60,257 nt of DNA. It comes from Gracilinanus agilis. Its lineage: Eukaryota. The notes beneath the pieces were generated by a model, which was not told the origin of the DNA, did no database searches, and saw only the letters and a program-made list of their open reading frames with translations. This document shows, in pieces, positions 46,964 to 58,559 of the stretch. Location of the stretch: the NCBI RefSeq assembly GCF_016433145.1, contig NC_058130.1, forward strand, positions 780,366,911 to 780,427,167. Reading direction: 5' to 3'. Numbering within the stretch: the first letter of the stretch is position 1; every line of letters starts with the position of its first letter. Position numbers and translations under genes: made by a program.

Positions 46964-48145
46964 TCCCGATCATGATCACTAACCATGGGGGGAGGGTCCT
47001 CCAAGGCTCTGCCCTATCCCCTCTTCTGATTGGTGATCTCCCAGGGACTCAATTAGGATCTCTAAGCTGCAAATTCCCAAGTCTGCTTATGCAGGCCTAA
47101 CCTCTCCTGACCTCTAGACTCACATCTCCCATTGCCTGACCTGAACCTGATGTCCTGTAGACATCTTAAACTCCAACAGCCTCAAACTGAACTCAATGTC
47201 TTTCTCCAAAAGTTCTCTGTGCTTCCTGACTTTTTCTCTCAGTCATTTGAGCTCCCAACATTGGTGTCAGCATAGACTCCTCACTCTGTCTCACCTGCAG
47301 GTCCGGTCTGTTACCATGTTAATTCTGCCCTCGGATCATATACCCTCACACCACTTTCCTCTGGTACTGCCACCATTCTGGGGGGGTAAGTCCTTATTGT
47401 CTCAATCCTGACTATTGCAATAGCTCGCTGGTCTGTGCCCCACTTTCCCCAAACTCCAATCCATCCCCTAACAGTCAAAATAACTTTCCTAAAACATAGA
47501 TTTGCCTGTCTGTTCCTACCCTAGATAGACCCAATAGCCTCCAGGATCAAATGCAAAATGTTGTTTGGCCTTCAAAGCCTCTCATAACCTGTACCCCTCC
47601 TCTTTCCTGTCTTTCATACCTCATTCCTCAGCACATACTCTTTGCTCTAGTGATCCCACCCCTCCAGCTGTTCCTTAAGAAAGACCCTCCATTCCCAGGC
47701 CCTGGGTAATCTCTTTGACTAGTCCCCGTGCCTGGACACTCTCCCTGCTCTGCTCTGACCACTGGGCTCCTCAGCTTTCTTTGTGTCCTAACTAAAATGC
47801 CCCCTCTTCCAGGAAGCCTTCCTGAATTCCCTGTAATCCTAGTGTTTTCCCTCTGTTCACTCTCTCCAATACACTTGGGAACAGATCCTTTTTGGACCTG
47901 GCTGTTTGTGCATGGTTAGTCTGGGAGCTCCAGGAGGGCAGGACCTGGCTTTTGCCCTTCTTTGCATCCTCAACTGTTAGCCAGGTTCCAGGCACAAAGT
48001 AGATGCTTTAAAAATTGTGTGGAGTAAAAATTAGTAATTAGAAGTGCATTATTCACAGTTATGGTTAGCATTAGGATTAATAGTAGGGTAATTAAATAAA
48101 TTTAAAATGTAAAAAAAATTAATTTATTTTAAAAAAATAGCGGCA

Positions 48146-48756
48146 ATGAGACCAATCTCCCTAATGAACACAGATGCAAAAATCTTAAATAGAATACCAG
48201 CAAAAAGACTCCAGCAAGTGATCATGAGGGTTATTCACTATAATCAGGTGGGATTTATACCAGGAATGCAAGGATGGTTCAACATTAGGAAAACCATCCA
48301 CATAATTGACCATATCAACAGTTTAACAAACAAAAATCACATGATTATCTCGATAGATGCTGAAAAAGCCTTTGACAAAATAGGACACCTATTCCTACTG
48401 AAAACACTAGAAAGTATAGGAATCGAAGGACCTTTCCTAAAAACAATAAACAGTATATATCTAAAACCATCAACAAGCGTCATATGCAATGGGGATAAAT
48501 TAGAAGCCTTTCCCATAAGATCAGGAGTGAAACAAGGATGCCCACTATTGCCTCTATTATTTACAGGATTTGGATGTAGACTCTTAATAGCCACCCTAGA
48601 ATAATTATCAATAATATGGAAATAGGTCTTGATGGATGACACAGGAAGAAACCAGTGGAAATGCGTGTGGGCTACTGGGGGGTGGGGTGGGGGGAGAGAG
48701 AGCAAGAACATGAATCATGGAACCATAGAACATTTTTTTCTAAAAAATAAAGAATA
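48146..48756 (+). mobile_element. Internally deleted L1: ORF2 reverse-transcriptase fragment fused to L1 3' UTR/poly(A)
   Basis: The translation [14 protein letters not shown]...[16 protein letters not shown]...[10 protein letters not shown]...SGVKQGCPL is L1 RT. It switches at ~48563 to a 3'-UTR-like sequence and an A-rich tail. The TSD AAAAAAATAG(C/T)GGCA lies at 48131-48145 and 48757-48771, at a TTTT/AAAA site. Confidence 0.9.
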
Positions 48757-49479
48757 AAAAAAATAGTGGCAGGGATAATTTCTGATCAATTATCCCTGTA
48801 ACTCTCCCATATAGATTAGTTCAGCCCAGGCCATCTGGGGAGAGAAAAGAAGCCTAGCTCTCCATAACAAACAGCTGAGGCATCCTCTCCCGGAAGTGAA
48901 GCCCCTCCCGATTATTCACACTCCTTTAAAAGCCGCCACCTTTCCTTTCCTTTCCTTTCTTCATTCTCAATTGACTTGGCAATTAGCATTTCAAAGTGAA
49001 GCCCAGGAAAAATTTCAATACAAAGAGTCGATTGTGGAGGCTCTGGCCTTGCACATTCCGGAATTACGACCCAAACAGAGAAAGAGTTAATTTGAGAATC
49101 TTCCCATGATTCAAAGGGAGCTGGGAGACTCTAGGAGGGTAAGACAAGATAAAGGACATATTCAGACATTACGTCACCCACAGGTGGTGGGTAACTCTAG
49201 ACACCATTGTATTAATTTCCTATACATTCTGAATTCATTGGTACTTCTGGGAAGCTGCTGCTGAGGGACCACTCAAGGCAGTGTCTCCCCCTTTTCTTCC
49301 CTCCCCCAAACCCTCCCCCTTCCCCCTTTCCCCGCCGTCCTCTCCCCCGTCTTTCTTAAATAAAGTCGTATTTTCTCTGCTAGCATCTAAGTCTCCCGTC
49401 TGCTCATTAGAGTGATTCCTGGGGGGGTGGGGGGGGTGAAAGCTCCCCCACCGAAATTCCACTCCACACATAAATGTTT

Positions 49480-49870
49480 GCGGGTACAGCAATGCGGCAG
49501 AAGCGGGGGAGGGGGGGAGGATGAATAAGGGGGCTAGGCGCGATCTCCCGTCCACGTGGTTACTTGGATTGGCCCCGTGGAGCCACCGTCCTTCGGAGGC
49601 GCTGGGCCACGCCTTCACGTTCCCATGACAACCGCCCAGTCTGACTGTCAGTCGTTGGCGCGGGGCGCTGGCGTATCCGTGACGTAATCATTGCGCGCCG
49701 TAGGACGCCGGCCGGAGCGCGCTGGGGGTGGGGGGAGCGGTCTACACGGTGGGGGCCACCCGCCGGACACCTACACAAGAGCCGTAACCCTGAAGAGTGT
49801 GTAAGGGGCGCTTCGCCGGCTTTGCCATCCTCGTCCTAGTCCTATGCGACCCTCGCGACCACCCTGAAAG
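49480..49870 (+). promoter_or_regulatory. CpG-island promoter and probable non-coding exon 1 of the Myb/SANT gene
   Basis: CpG-dense, with E-box CACGTG at 49553-49558, inverted CCAAT at 49568-49572 and CRE-like TGACGTAA at 49680-49687. The strong donor AAG|GTAGGT at 49870/49871 pairs plausibly with the acceptor at 50559. Confidence 0.7.
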
Positions 49871-50569
49871 GTAGGTGCCGGCGGGGGCTACCCTTTCAGA
49901 CAGGGAAACTGAGGCACGGGCTGGGGAGGGAGATGCCCAGGACCTCCCCCTTTTCTCGCTGGAAGGGCTTGAGGTCGTATTCTAATTCTGGACTTCCTGG
50001 CCTGGGGGACCCAGCCCCCCCCCACCTAGGGGAGTACTGCCCATCCCCCTGTGGGGAGCTGTGGTCACCTGCTGCTGACCCTGGCAGGGAAACCAGCCCA
50101 GCCCTCCCGGGAGCTTACCCTGGGGGGAATCAGGGAGTCTAAAGCTTCAATATAGGGGACACCCCCAGGGGTTCTGCAAAGCCTTAGTGTAGGTGACAGC
50201 AGCCTTAAAGAGCTGTGGAGCCTATGGGTGCCTCTGAGAAGGGCCCAAAGAGATGTGGGGAAGGGGCTCAGGTGACCCCTGGGAGATGCTTGGAGCATGG
50301 GGACCAGGTGGGGCAAAAGGCTTGGATGGGGGTGATGGGAAGGCCACATAGAGAGGGAAGCTGGCTGGGAGCCAGGGGTCTGCATTTGGTCCCAGGGGGC
50401 ATCGGGAGCCATAGGTGGTCCAGAGACATAGGGGCTGCCTCTGAAGGGTCCTTCCTGTAATTTGACAGAGGCTGTCAGGTGGGCTTGGCCCTCTGAGCCT
50501 GTGGTCCGCTGGCTGAGCGAGTGCTTAGGGAATGATGCAGGGTGTGCTTGATTTTGCAGGGCCGCCACA

Positions 50570-51583
50570 ATGGCAGCCAGGCCAAAGAGGATTAAGTTCT
50601 CGGAGGAAGAGAAGATCGTGATCTTGGAAGAGTTCAGTCTGCGGAAGGACATCCTCATCCCCAAGAGCGGCCGCTACCGCAACACCATGGACCGCCAGCG
50701 GGCCTGGGAGGAGATCACGATGGCGGTGAACTCGCTGAATCCCCTGGTGCAGCGTACACCAGACGAAGTCCGCAAGAAATGGAAAAACATGATCATTGAC
50801 GCCCGCAAGGAGCTGGCCACCGCCAAGCACCCTGTGCTCCGGAGGCGCCCCCAGGAGCGCCTCTTCCATAACATCTTTGCTCTCTTCAACAAGACAAGTG
50901 CTGAACTCCCCGAGCCTCTGTATGCAGCAGGCCCAGGTTTTCGGACTAAGGGGCCCACCAGCCCACCAGGGCCTGCCTGCAAGGCAGAAGGATTTCTGGA
51001 CCCCGTCCCCAACTTGCTACTCCGGCCCCAGGGGGGTGGGATGGAGCCTGGCCAGGAGAGGGAGGGACTATGTCAGATTGATGCCGACAGAAAACTAGAT
51101 GCGTGGCCTGAGGTCCCAAGGAAGGGCCTCCTCCAAGCCTCTGTGGATGAGCAGGCCCAGTTCAAGGAGGACTCTCTGACTGAAGATGCCTCCGAGTTCG
51201 GAGAAAAGAGGCTGCTGGACCCCCTGAAGGACTTGCCCCTGCACTGTGAGCCTGTGTCTCAGGTGCATCCCGCCTCAGCAGATGGGGCTGTGTCCCCAGA
51301 GGGTCCATCTGGGGACATGCCCCACCTCTGCACCATGCCCGTGCCAACGAGCCTGTCCCCAGACCCGACTCTGACTTATAAGATTAAATGCCCTGTCAGC
51401 CCTTTGCTAGATTGGCCCTGTTTGGGAGTGAGTTCAAGCCCAGTCACACCCAGCGGCCGGATGGACGCTCTGAGTACAGAAGGAATCCAGCCAGCCGTGG
51501 ACAACAACGGTGAGCTCTCGGGGCAGGCCTGGGCGGTCGGTCTACCCCTCCCACCCGGCAGCCTTGGCCTTGTTCAAGTCTAG
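50570..51583 (+). CDS. Myb/SANT-like DNA-binding domain protein (MSANTD/Harbinger Myb-like family), 337 aa, single coding exon
   Basis: The ATG is in a strong Kozak context (gccacaATGG), 10 nt after a ttttgcag acceptor at 50559. The N-terminal ~90 aa, RPKRIKFSEEEKIVILEEFSLRKDILIPKSGRYRNTMDRQRAWEEITMAVNSLNPLVQRTPDEVRKKWKNMIIDARKEL, has the F-S-x-x-E / W / R-T / K-K-W pattern of the Myb_DNA-bind_5-type domain shared by MSANTD, NAIF1, MYPOP and TSNARE1. A Pro/acid-rich low-complexity tail follows. Confidence 0.88.
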   Translation: MAARPKRIKFSEEEKIVILEEFSLRKDILIPKSGRYRNTMDRQRAWEEITMAVNSLNPLVQRTPDEVRKKWKNMIIDARKELATAKHPVLRRRPQERLFHNIFALFNKTSAELPEPLYAAGPGFRTKGPTSPPGPACKAEGFLDPVPNLLLRPQGGGMEPGQEREGLCQIDADRKLDAWPEVPRKGLLQASVDEQAQFKEDSLTEDASEFGEKRLLDPLKDLPLHCEPVSQVHPASADGAVSPEGPSGDMPHLCTMPVPTSLSPDPTLTYKIKCPVSPLLDWPCLGVSSSPVTPSGRMDALSTEGIQPAVDNNGELSGQAWAVGLPLPPGSLGLVQV

Positions 51584-51983
51584 CAAAGTTAGAAACCTGG
51601 CCCAGGCACTGCTTGGGCATAAACGAGACCCTAGAGTCTCAGCCATCCCCAAGGTTAGCCCTTTAGCTTACAGATGAGGAAACTGAGGTCACAGCTAGAA
51701 AGTGTCAGAGCCTGGACTTAACCCAGGGGTTCTAGTCAATGTTTCTTTCCATCTCAACTTCTCAGCAAACCATTTTGACAGAAGAGAACAGAGTTAAACA
51801 GAAAACAATCATGACACAAATTGGTTAATAAATTTGTGAGTTGGCCACTACCAGGAGGTGAATATTTTTTTTTTTTCAGCAGTTGGAATATGGGCTGTCA
51901 GAGTGTGGACAGATTAGGATTTGTGTTGATGGAAACAGTGTAGACTAATGACATTTTTGAAGTTTTAAACAAATTTTATTTCA

Positions 51984-51989
51984 AATAAA
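51984..51989 (+). terminator. Polyadenylation signal of the Myb/SANT gene (alternative AATAAA at 51827-51832)
   Basis: AATAAA about 400 nt after the stop codon, followed by U- and GU-rich sequence (tttttttttgttc...tttttttgtcacttttgttgttg). Confidence 0.6.
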
Positions 51990-54089
51990 AAGATTTTTTT
52001 TTGTTCATATCATGCCCTTTTTTGTCACTTTTGTTGTTGCTTGATAAAGATAGAGAACCAGTTTTCATGTAGTCCAAACCTAGGTTTGGTAGAAGTCTCA
52101 TTTGGGGGGAGTGTGGCATCAGGCCCGATTCTTAAGTAGTATGAGCTCCCCCACGGTGGTTTGGCCGGCCTGCCTATCTGGGGTCCTGGCATTCTCTGGG
52201 GTAGAATTTGCCCTGAAGCTTTGTAGCTCCATGATACAGCCAAAGCAAGTTAGGGATCCTCCCTGACCCTCAGTTTCCTCGTTAAGAAGAATATGAGGGA
52301 CAGCTAGGTGGTTCAATGGATTGAGAGCCAGGCCCAGAGACGGCAGGTCCTGGGTTCCAATCTGGCCTCAGACACTTCCTAGCTGTATGACCCTGGGCAA
52401 GTCACTTAGCCCCCATTGCCTAGCCTTTACTCTTCTTCTGCCTTGAAACAATAGTATCAATTCTAAGGCAGATGGTAAAGATTGTTTTTAAAAAAGAAGA
52501 AAAGTGTGATACAACTCTGTGCTACAGCGGGTGAATTTGGGCCTAGTCGAATGACCAGACCCAAAGAATGTTGGTGTCTGTGAAGAGGTCTTTGCATGAG
52601 GGGGTGTCCCGGGGATCCGACCTTCACAGAATGTAACTCAGATTGAGGCAGGCCAGGCTCTTGCCCCATCTTTCTCCATCCAAGCCAGGAGTGGCGGCTA
52701 ACATTTCGGGTGGTGGAGATCAAAAAGAGCAGAGGGCCAAGGGATGGGGGAAAAGAGAAGGGCAGGCACCGGGCGCAGTGCTAAGTGCTTTACTCATATC
52801 ATCTCGAGCCTTGTTCTGCTTGGTCCCAGGCAGCGGCAGCTTTGGTTCAGGGGGAGGAAAAGCTCCCTGACCATCAGAGCTGTTCCAAAGTGGAAGGGGC
52901 CGCCTTGGGCCTTCACTGGAGGTCTTGGGTTGGGTTGCAGGACCCTGTGAAGGTTTCAAGGAGGATTCCTGTGGAAACAGAATGGAAACATTCCTCTCAC
53001 AGCTGGGTGTATTCTCTCCTACCCCCCAACCTTGGGAGACTCCAAATGCCCAGCAAATACAAGTGGCTGTTGGGAGAGAAGGTGTGTGCTTTGGCCAGGT
53101 CAGAGGTTCCATTGCAGAATCAGAGACTGGAGACCCAGATGGGAGCTCTGTGATCACTTACTGCCCCCCCCCCATTGCCCCCCAAGTATGCACAAACTCC
53201 TGCCTTTCCACACCCCTGATCATGCTGCTCCAGCCTGGGCTGGTGCCCTCCACCTCCCGGCCTGGCTCATACTGGCTCAGCTGGGATCATCCATGGCATT
53301 TCCTGATGTCCAGCCTCACTGGCCTCTCTACTGCCCTCCTCAGTGCTCCTGGTCCTTCCCTTGATGGCCAAACAGGACCAGGCTGATCCTTCCTCCACCT
53401 GACAGCCCTTAGGTTCTTGGACCCAGCTCTTGGGCCCGGCCTGAGTCTCCTCTACACCAAATATAATCACTTCCTTCAGTTGATCCTTCCGTGGCTTGGA
53501 TGCCAGGCCTAGCACCATCCTGGTTGCCTTCTCTGGGCTCTTCAGCTTCTCAGTGCCCTTCTTAATGTCATTGGGGTGCCCAGAGCTGAACACGGTACTT
53601 GGATGAAGGCTCAGCATCCCAGAAGGGAGAGACACCTCCCTGTTCCTGGAAGCTTGTCTCCTTACCCTCCTGAGTCCAAAAGAGTTTGCAGTCCACTGCA
53701 ACCCCCAGATCAAATGATGAATCAATCAGTAAACATTTATTAAGCGCCTACTATGTGCCAGATACTGAGCTAAGCTCTGGGGATATAAAAGAGACAAAAG
53801 GGGGCAGCTAGGTGGCTCAGTGGATGGAAGTCTAGGTCTGGAGACAGGAAGTTCTGGGTTTAAATACAACCTCAGAAACTTCCTAGCCATGTGACCCTGG
53901 GCAAGTCACTTAACCCCCATTGCCTAGCCCTTACCACTCTTCTCCCTTGGAACCGCACACAGCGTTGATTCTAAGATGGTTCTGAAACATAGCTGGAAAG
54001 TGTCTCAGGTCAGATTTGAACCCAGAACCTCCCACATCTAGGCCTGGATCTCTATCCACTGAGCCGAGCTACTGAATTGCCCTCAAGGG

Positions 54090-54620
54090 CTGTTGGGAAA
54101 AAAGAGGCTAAAGAGAGTCCCTACCCTCAAGTAGCTTACAATCTAATGAGGGGATAACTTGAAAAAAATACAATGGAAGTGAACTATACACAGGATAAAT
54201 AGGAAATAATGAACAGAAGGAAGGCACCAGAACTAGGCGGGGCTGGCAAAGACTTTCTTTAGAAAGTGAGATTGGAGTTGGGACTTGGGGAAGCCAAGAG
54301 GTCAGTAGGCAGAGCAGAGGAGGCCGAGCAGTCCATGGATGGAGGATGATGGGAGAGTGCCCAAAGCTGAGAGGTGGAGGGTCTTGTTTGTGGAACAGCC
54401 AAGAGGTTGGTGTCACTGGACGGAAAGACTTGTGGGGCATTCTGGAGGCTACAGGGAGTCCCTGCAGTTTATTGAGTGCAAGGAAAGCAGTGATTTGGGG
54501 AAATCACTTTGGTGGCTGAATGGAGGATATTGGGAGTGGGGAGAGACTGGAGTCAGGGAGACCCCCCCAACAACTATTGTAGGACTCCAAGTGTGAGGGG
54601 ATGGGGGCCTGCACTAGGGC
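54090..54620. mobile_element. L2 LINE fragment (a second at ~59150-59600; L2 tails at ~1217-1330, 6640-6760, 21245-21340 and 53720-53790)
   Basis: L2-type phrases 'aaatcactttggtggctgaatggagg', 'gagagactggag' and 'agcatttattaagcgcctactatgtgcca'. Confidence 0.65.
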
Positions 54621-54879
54621 AGGGGGCTCCGTCAGAAGAGAGAGGGGAGGGTGTTCAGAAGAGCAGACACAGGAGGGGTCGATGGGGAGTGAGGAGTCTG
54701 GGAGTTCTAGGCTGTGAGCCTGAGGGATGTGAGGGTGAGCCCTTGATTGGTTGGTCTCGTCCTTCCTACTGGAAGAGGACTCAAATGGCGTCCTGGTGTC
54801 AGGGTCAATGTCCATTGTGTCCAACTGTGGCTGATCAGACCAGTGAGAAGGCTCTATGCCAGTCAGGCACTGGGGGCGG

Positions 54880-55460
54880 AGATGCCTCTAAATTTGTGCA
54901 TCTTCCGCTTCTTTGGGGCGACTGCAGTTCTGCTTTGCTTATAGAACAGCGTGTCTTCTTTGATGCTGGTCCACCATGCTGGACAGTGCTGTGCCAGTGT
55001 CTCCCATGTCTCACGACTGATACCAGAGCTCTTCAGGGAGACCTTGAGAGTGTTCTTGAGTCACTTCTGAGTGCCAAGTGTGAGCACTTGCCTTGTGGGA
55101 GTTTTCTGGGAATTAGTCTTTTAGGCAGTCGTGTTTGGCATTCAAACGTGGCCAGCGCGTCAGTCGGCTCTCTGCAGTAGCATCAGAATGCTTGAGGAAG
55201 GACCTCAGAACCCAGGACCCTTCAGAAGCTTCCCGAGACCATTCAAATGGAGGCGGGCACACGCCAGGTCGGCACAGTGGCTCCCTAGACCTTCACTTTG
55301 GTCAGCAGCCTGATACCTCTTTCCTTGGGAGCCTCCAAACTCTGAGCGAGCTCCGGCAGTGTGTGCTCTGCGGGCGGCCCTGGAAAGTATACCGCCGAGG
55401 ACGATGCTCTGTGCAGTAACAGGGAAGGGTTCCTCTTGGGACATGTCGAGTTGAAGCTGT
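54880..55460 (-). mobile_element. RTE-clade LINE 3' fragment
   Basis: The minus strand translates, with stops, to AGHV..MPNTRLPKRL...QGKCSH...KNTLKVSLKS, the C-terminus of RTE RT. Confidence 0.8.
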
Positions 55461-58400
55461 TCCCCAGACATCCACTGGGGGATGAGAGTGGAGGTCCGTG
55501 GAGAGGTTGGGGCAGGGAGGGGAGATCTGGGAGTCTTCAGCTGGCCAGGAAATCCTTTGGAGCTGATGAGATCACCCCGTGAGGTCCTATAGACAGATTG
55601 GAAAGAATTCTGTATTCCCTCTGTCCCTGCCCTCTCCAGAGAAGGAGCCGTCAGAGGGAGGGGGAGAGCAGGCAGACAGACAGACAGACAGACAGACAGA
55701 GAAGGGGGTAGAGAGAGAATAAGGAGACAGAGACAGAGACAGAGAGAAGGGGGAGAGACAGAGAGGGAGAGACAGGGAAAGAGGGATACAGAGACAGAGG
55801 GGGGGAAGGAGGGGCGTACCAGTCATAGATGGCCTTTTCCAGGAGTTTAGTTACAGAGACATAAACAGAAGAGACACGAGGAGATAGTGGAGGTAGGAAG
55901 ATACACTTTGTGAAACATCAAAAAGTGCTTAGCCCCAAGCCTGGCACACAGTAGGTGCTATCTAAGCAAATTCTTACTCCTTTCCCGTTTCCTTTCTGCC
56001 CCACTGTCTGACCAGGCCTCCCATGTTTGAGACTTGGGACATCCACTATTGAGCGCAGGCCCCGGTGCGAGACTTGCTGTTTCTATTGAATTTCATCAAG
56101 CCTGGGAAGAAAGGCTCTTTGAGCTCTGCCTCAGTGGTCCAGTGTGTTCACTCTCCCTGCCCCTTGCAGTCCCCATGCCCTCCTCTAGAGTCACTGAGAC
56201 TTACAGTGCAGTTCTCAGGACCACGGACAGCTCTGAGCCTTGCCCTGAGGGGTAGGGGAAGGAGGAAGAGAAAAGGCACTTCTGGGGAAAGAGGCTGGAG
56301 CTGAAACTGAGGCAGGAATTTCCCAGAGGCCTACCCCAACCTCTGACCCGATGGACGAGAAACCTCCGGCCTGTGGGGAGTGACTTAGCCAAGGTGACAA
56401 AAGCACAAGCAGAAACCCTTTATTAAGTGGCTCCTGTGTTTAGGGTCCTCGGGGTCCAAAGACAGCAGAGGTTTCCAGGGGGTGCCTGGGAGGAGGGCAG
56501 GGCATCATCCACAACAACCGAGATGAAGCTGACTGTAATGTGGGCAGAGGAAGGCTCCTCTGAGGACAGAGCTAGGAGGTAGCCAGATGCAAGAGCAGCT
56601 TCCCTGCCGTCCCTCTCCTGCTCTTTCCCTCACCCTATCAGATGGTCTCCTTCTGCCCTCCTGAGGAACCCGTGGTAGAGCCTGGTGCTCTCTGCAGCTG
56701 CAGCCCCTCCCTGGGGGTACCCGTGTGAGCACTTCCTGGAGCCCCTGCAGGGGTGGGCCTAGGCTCATGGCTTTGATTCCCTCACACACATACCCAAGTC
56801 AGTAAACAACACCTCTCGCACCCGGGACCAGAGGGCGCCTTGGGCCTCCGGCTAAGGCTTGGGAATGGGTCAGAGGGGCCGAGTGAGAGAGGGCAGAGTT
56901 CAGAAGGAGGCACCACGTTCTTACCTCCCAGGCCTCATCCAGGGAAAGCTTGGGAACTTTCTCAGTAGAACTTGGCAGCAGGTAGCCGGGGGTTAATGTT
57001 TAAGCCACACGTCAAAGCCCGAGCTGGGCCAGCCACCATCACTTTGGCAGAGAGAGCGACTGTCAGAGCTGGAAGGCAAGAGGCCTTCCGGCGGGCATGA
57101 TCCAGGCCCCTCCTTGACCTCATCCTCATGTCTAATGGCCCGGCCTCAGCCCTCAACCTCCCTGACCTCCCTCTTTCCAGGCGCTCATTCCTCGCCTCGC
57201 TTCCCTGACCATGGACGTTCCTGATCTCCTTCCTGCTGCTTTGAGCATCCTTTGGGTTTCCTTCCTCCTGGTGTGACTGTCCATGGCCTCCTCCCTCAGC
57301 CCCCCACTCCCTCCCGGTCTCCAGGCCATTCCTCCTGCCAGCGGAGGCTCCCCATCTCAAAGCAGCCCCATCACTGCCTGCCTTGCTGGGTTGAGAGCCA
57401 GCATCTTCCCCCACACCTTCTAGGCCCACTCGCCACTCTGCCAGCCCCAGAACTAGAGGAAATGGGCCGGCCCCTGGGCTAGTCTCGGGGAAGGAAGCTT
57501 TGCCCAGGGCTGGCAGAGTGGCTGAAGAAAGCAGTGAAGAAACTTTCCCTCCTTCACTCGCTGGGCTAGGCTGGCGGCACCAACCACAGGGCTGGGAGGT
57601 CCCAGGAATGGGCAGCTCCAAGGGCCCTTTTGGGTGAGGAGGGAGGGATGGGGAGAGAGAGGTTCTGAGTCAGTGGGCGGGGTGCTGGCGGGTGAGCCCC
57701 AGACAGCCAGGTCCAACGTCTCCTCTACTTCCCCAAAGGAGGTCAGAGAGGAAGAGGCCCCTGGGTGCCAGAGACCTCAGAAGGGAAGGAAGGGGTTACC
57801 ATGCCTCAGGCAGACAGAGATCCTGAGTAAAGGGTACAGAGAGCCAGTGACATGGGAGAGAACACTGAATTCTGAGGCCCAAGACGGGGCTTTGAATCCC
57901 AGGGCTGCTTACTACCTCAGTTTCTTTGTCCGTACGCTGAGATGATCTCTAAGGTCCCTTTCAGCTTTAGCCCCTCTCCCCCTAGGAGGCAGGCAGAAGC
58001 AGCAGCTGTCCAGCCTGCAGTTTCTGCCTTGGGCTGTCCCGTTGGGTGAGGGGCAGAGCTGGGGGTAGGGGGCACTGCCGTCTTCGGTGGACAAACAGGC
58101 AGATGCCTTTCTTAGGGAGAGTCCAGCTAGGAAAGTCACAGAGAAGCCCGAACTCCAACCTCAGGTCTCTTGATGGGACCCCGGAATAGGGGATGGCGGA
58201 GCCGGGAGATAAACCTGGAAAGCAAGGCCAAAGGGTTGAAAGAACCGGCCCGTGGTAGCAGCAGGGAGACATTTAAAGAGGCGGTTTCTATCTGCGCGAG
58301 GAAAGGTTGCCCCACAACGAGGGCTGCCCCAGCAGAAGGGGATGGCCTGTCCCAGTAGTGTAAATATTAAAAATGATAAAGGCTTGTATAAATATATAAA

Positions 58401-58559
58401 TTAGTATTTTAATTAAAGCCATGTTGATAGATAAAATCATTAGACCATGCACTTGTAAGCATTCAAAACTGCCGCCACCATACTGCCTCCTAGCCAAGTT
58501 CCTACTCCCCAAAGAAGAGAGCGCTTACTGGCAAAAAAAGAGAGAGACCACTCCCTCCT

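Noticed and set aside
48010-48125. AT-rich stretch with mitochondrial-like codons on the minus strand (possible NUMT)
   Set aside because: It is too short and not recognisable as any mitochondrial gene; it may be degenerate TTAGGG-like or simple AT-rich sequence.
56990-57050. HNF1-like GTTAATGTTTAA with CAAAG and CACGTCA (liver/kidney enhancer)
   Set aside because: These are short degenerate motifs with no independent support, and they overlap a candidate exon reported above.
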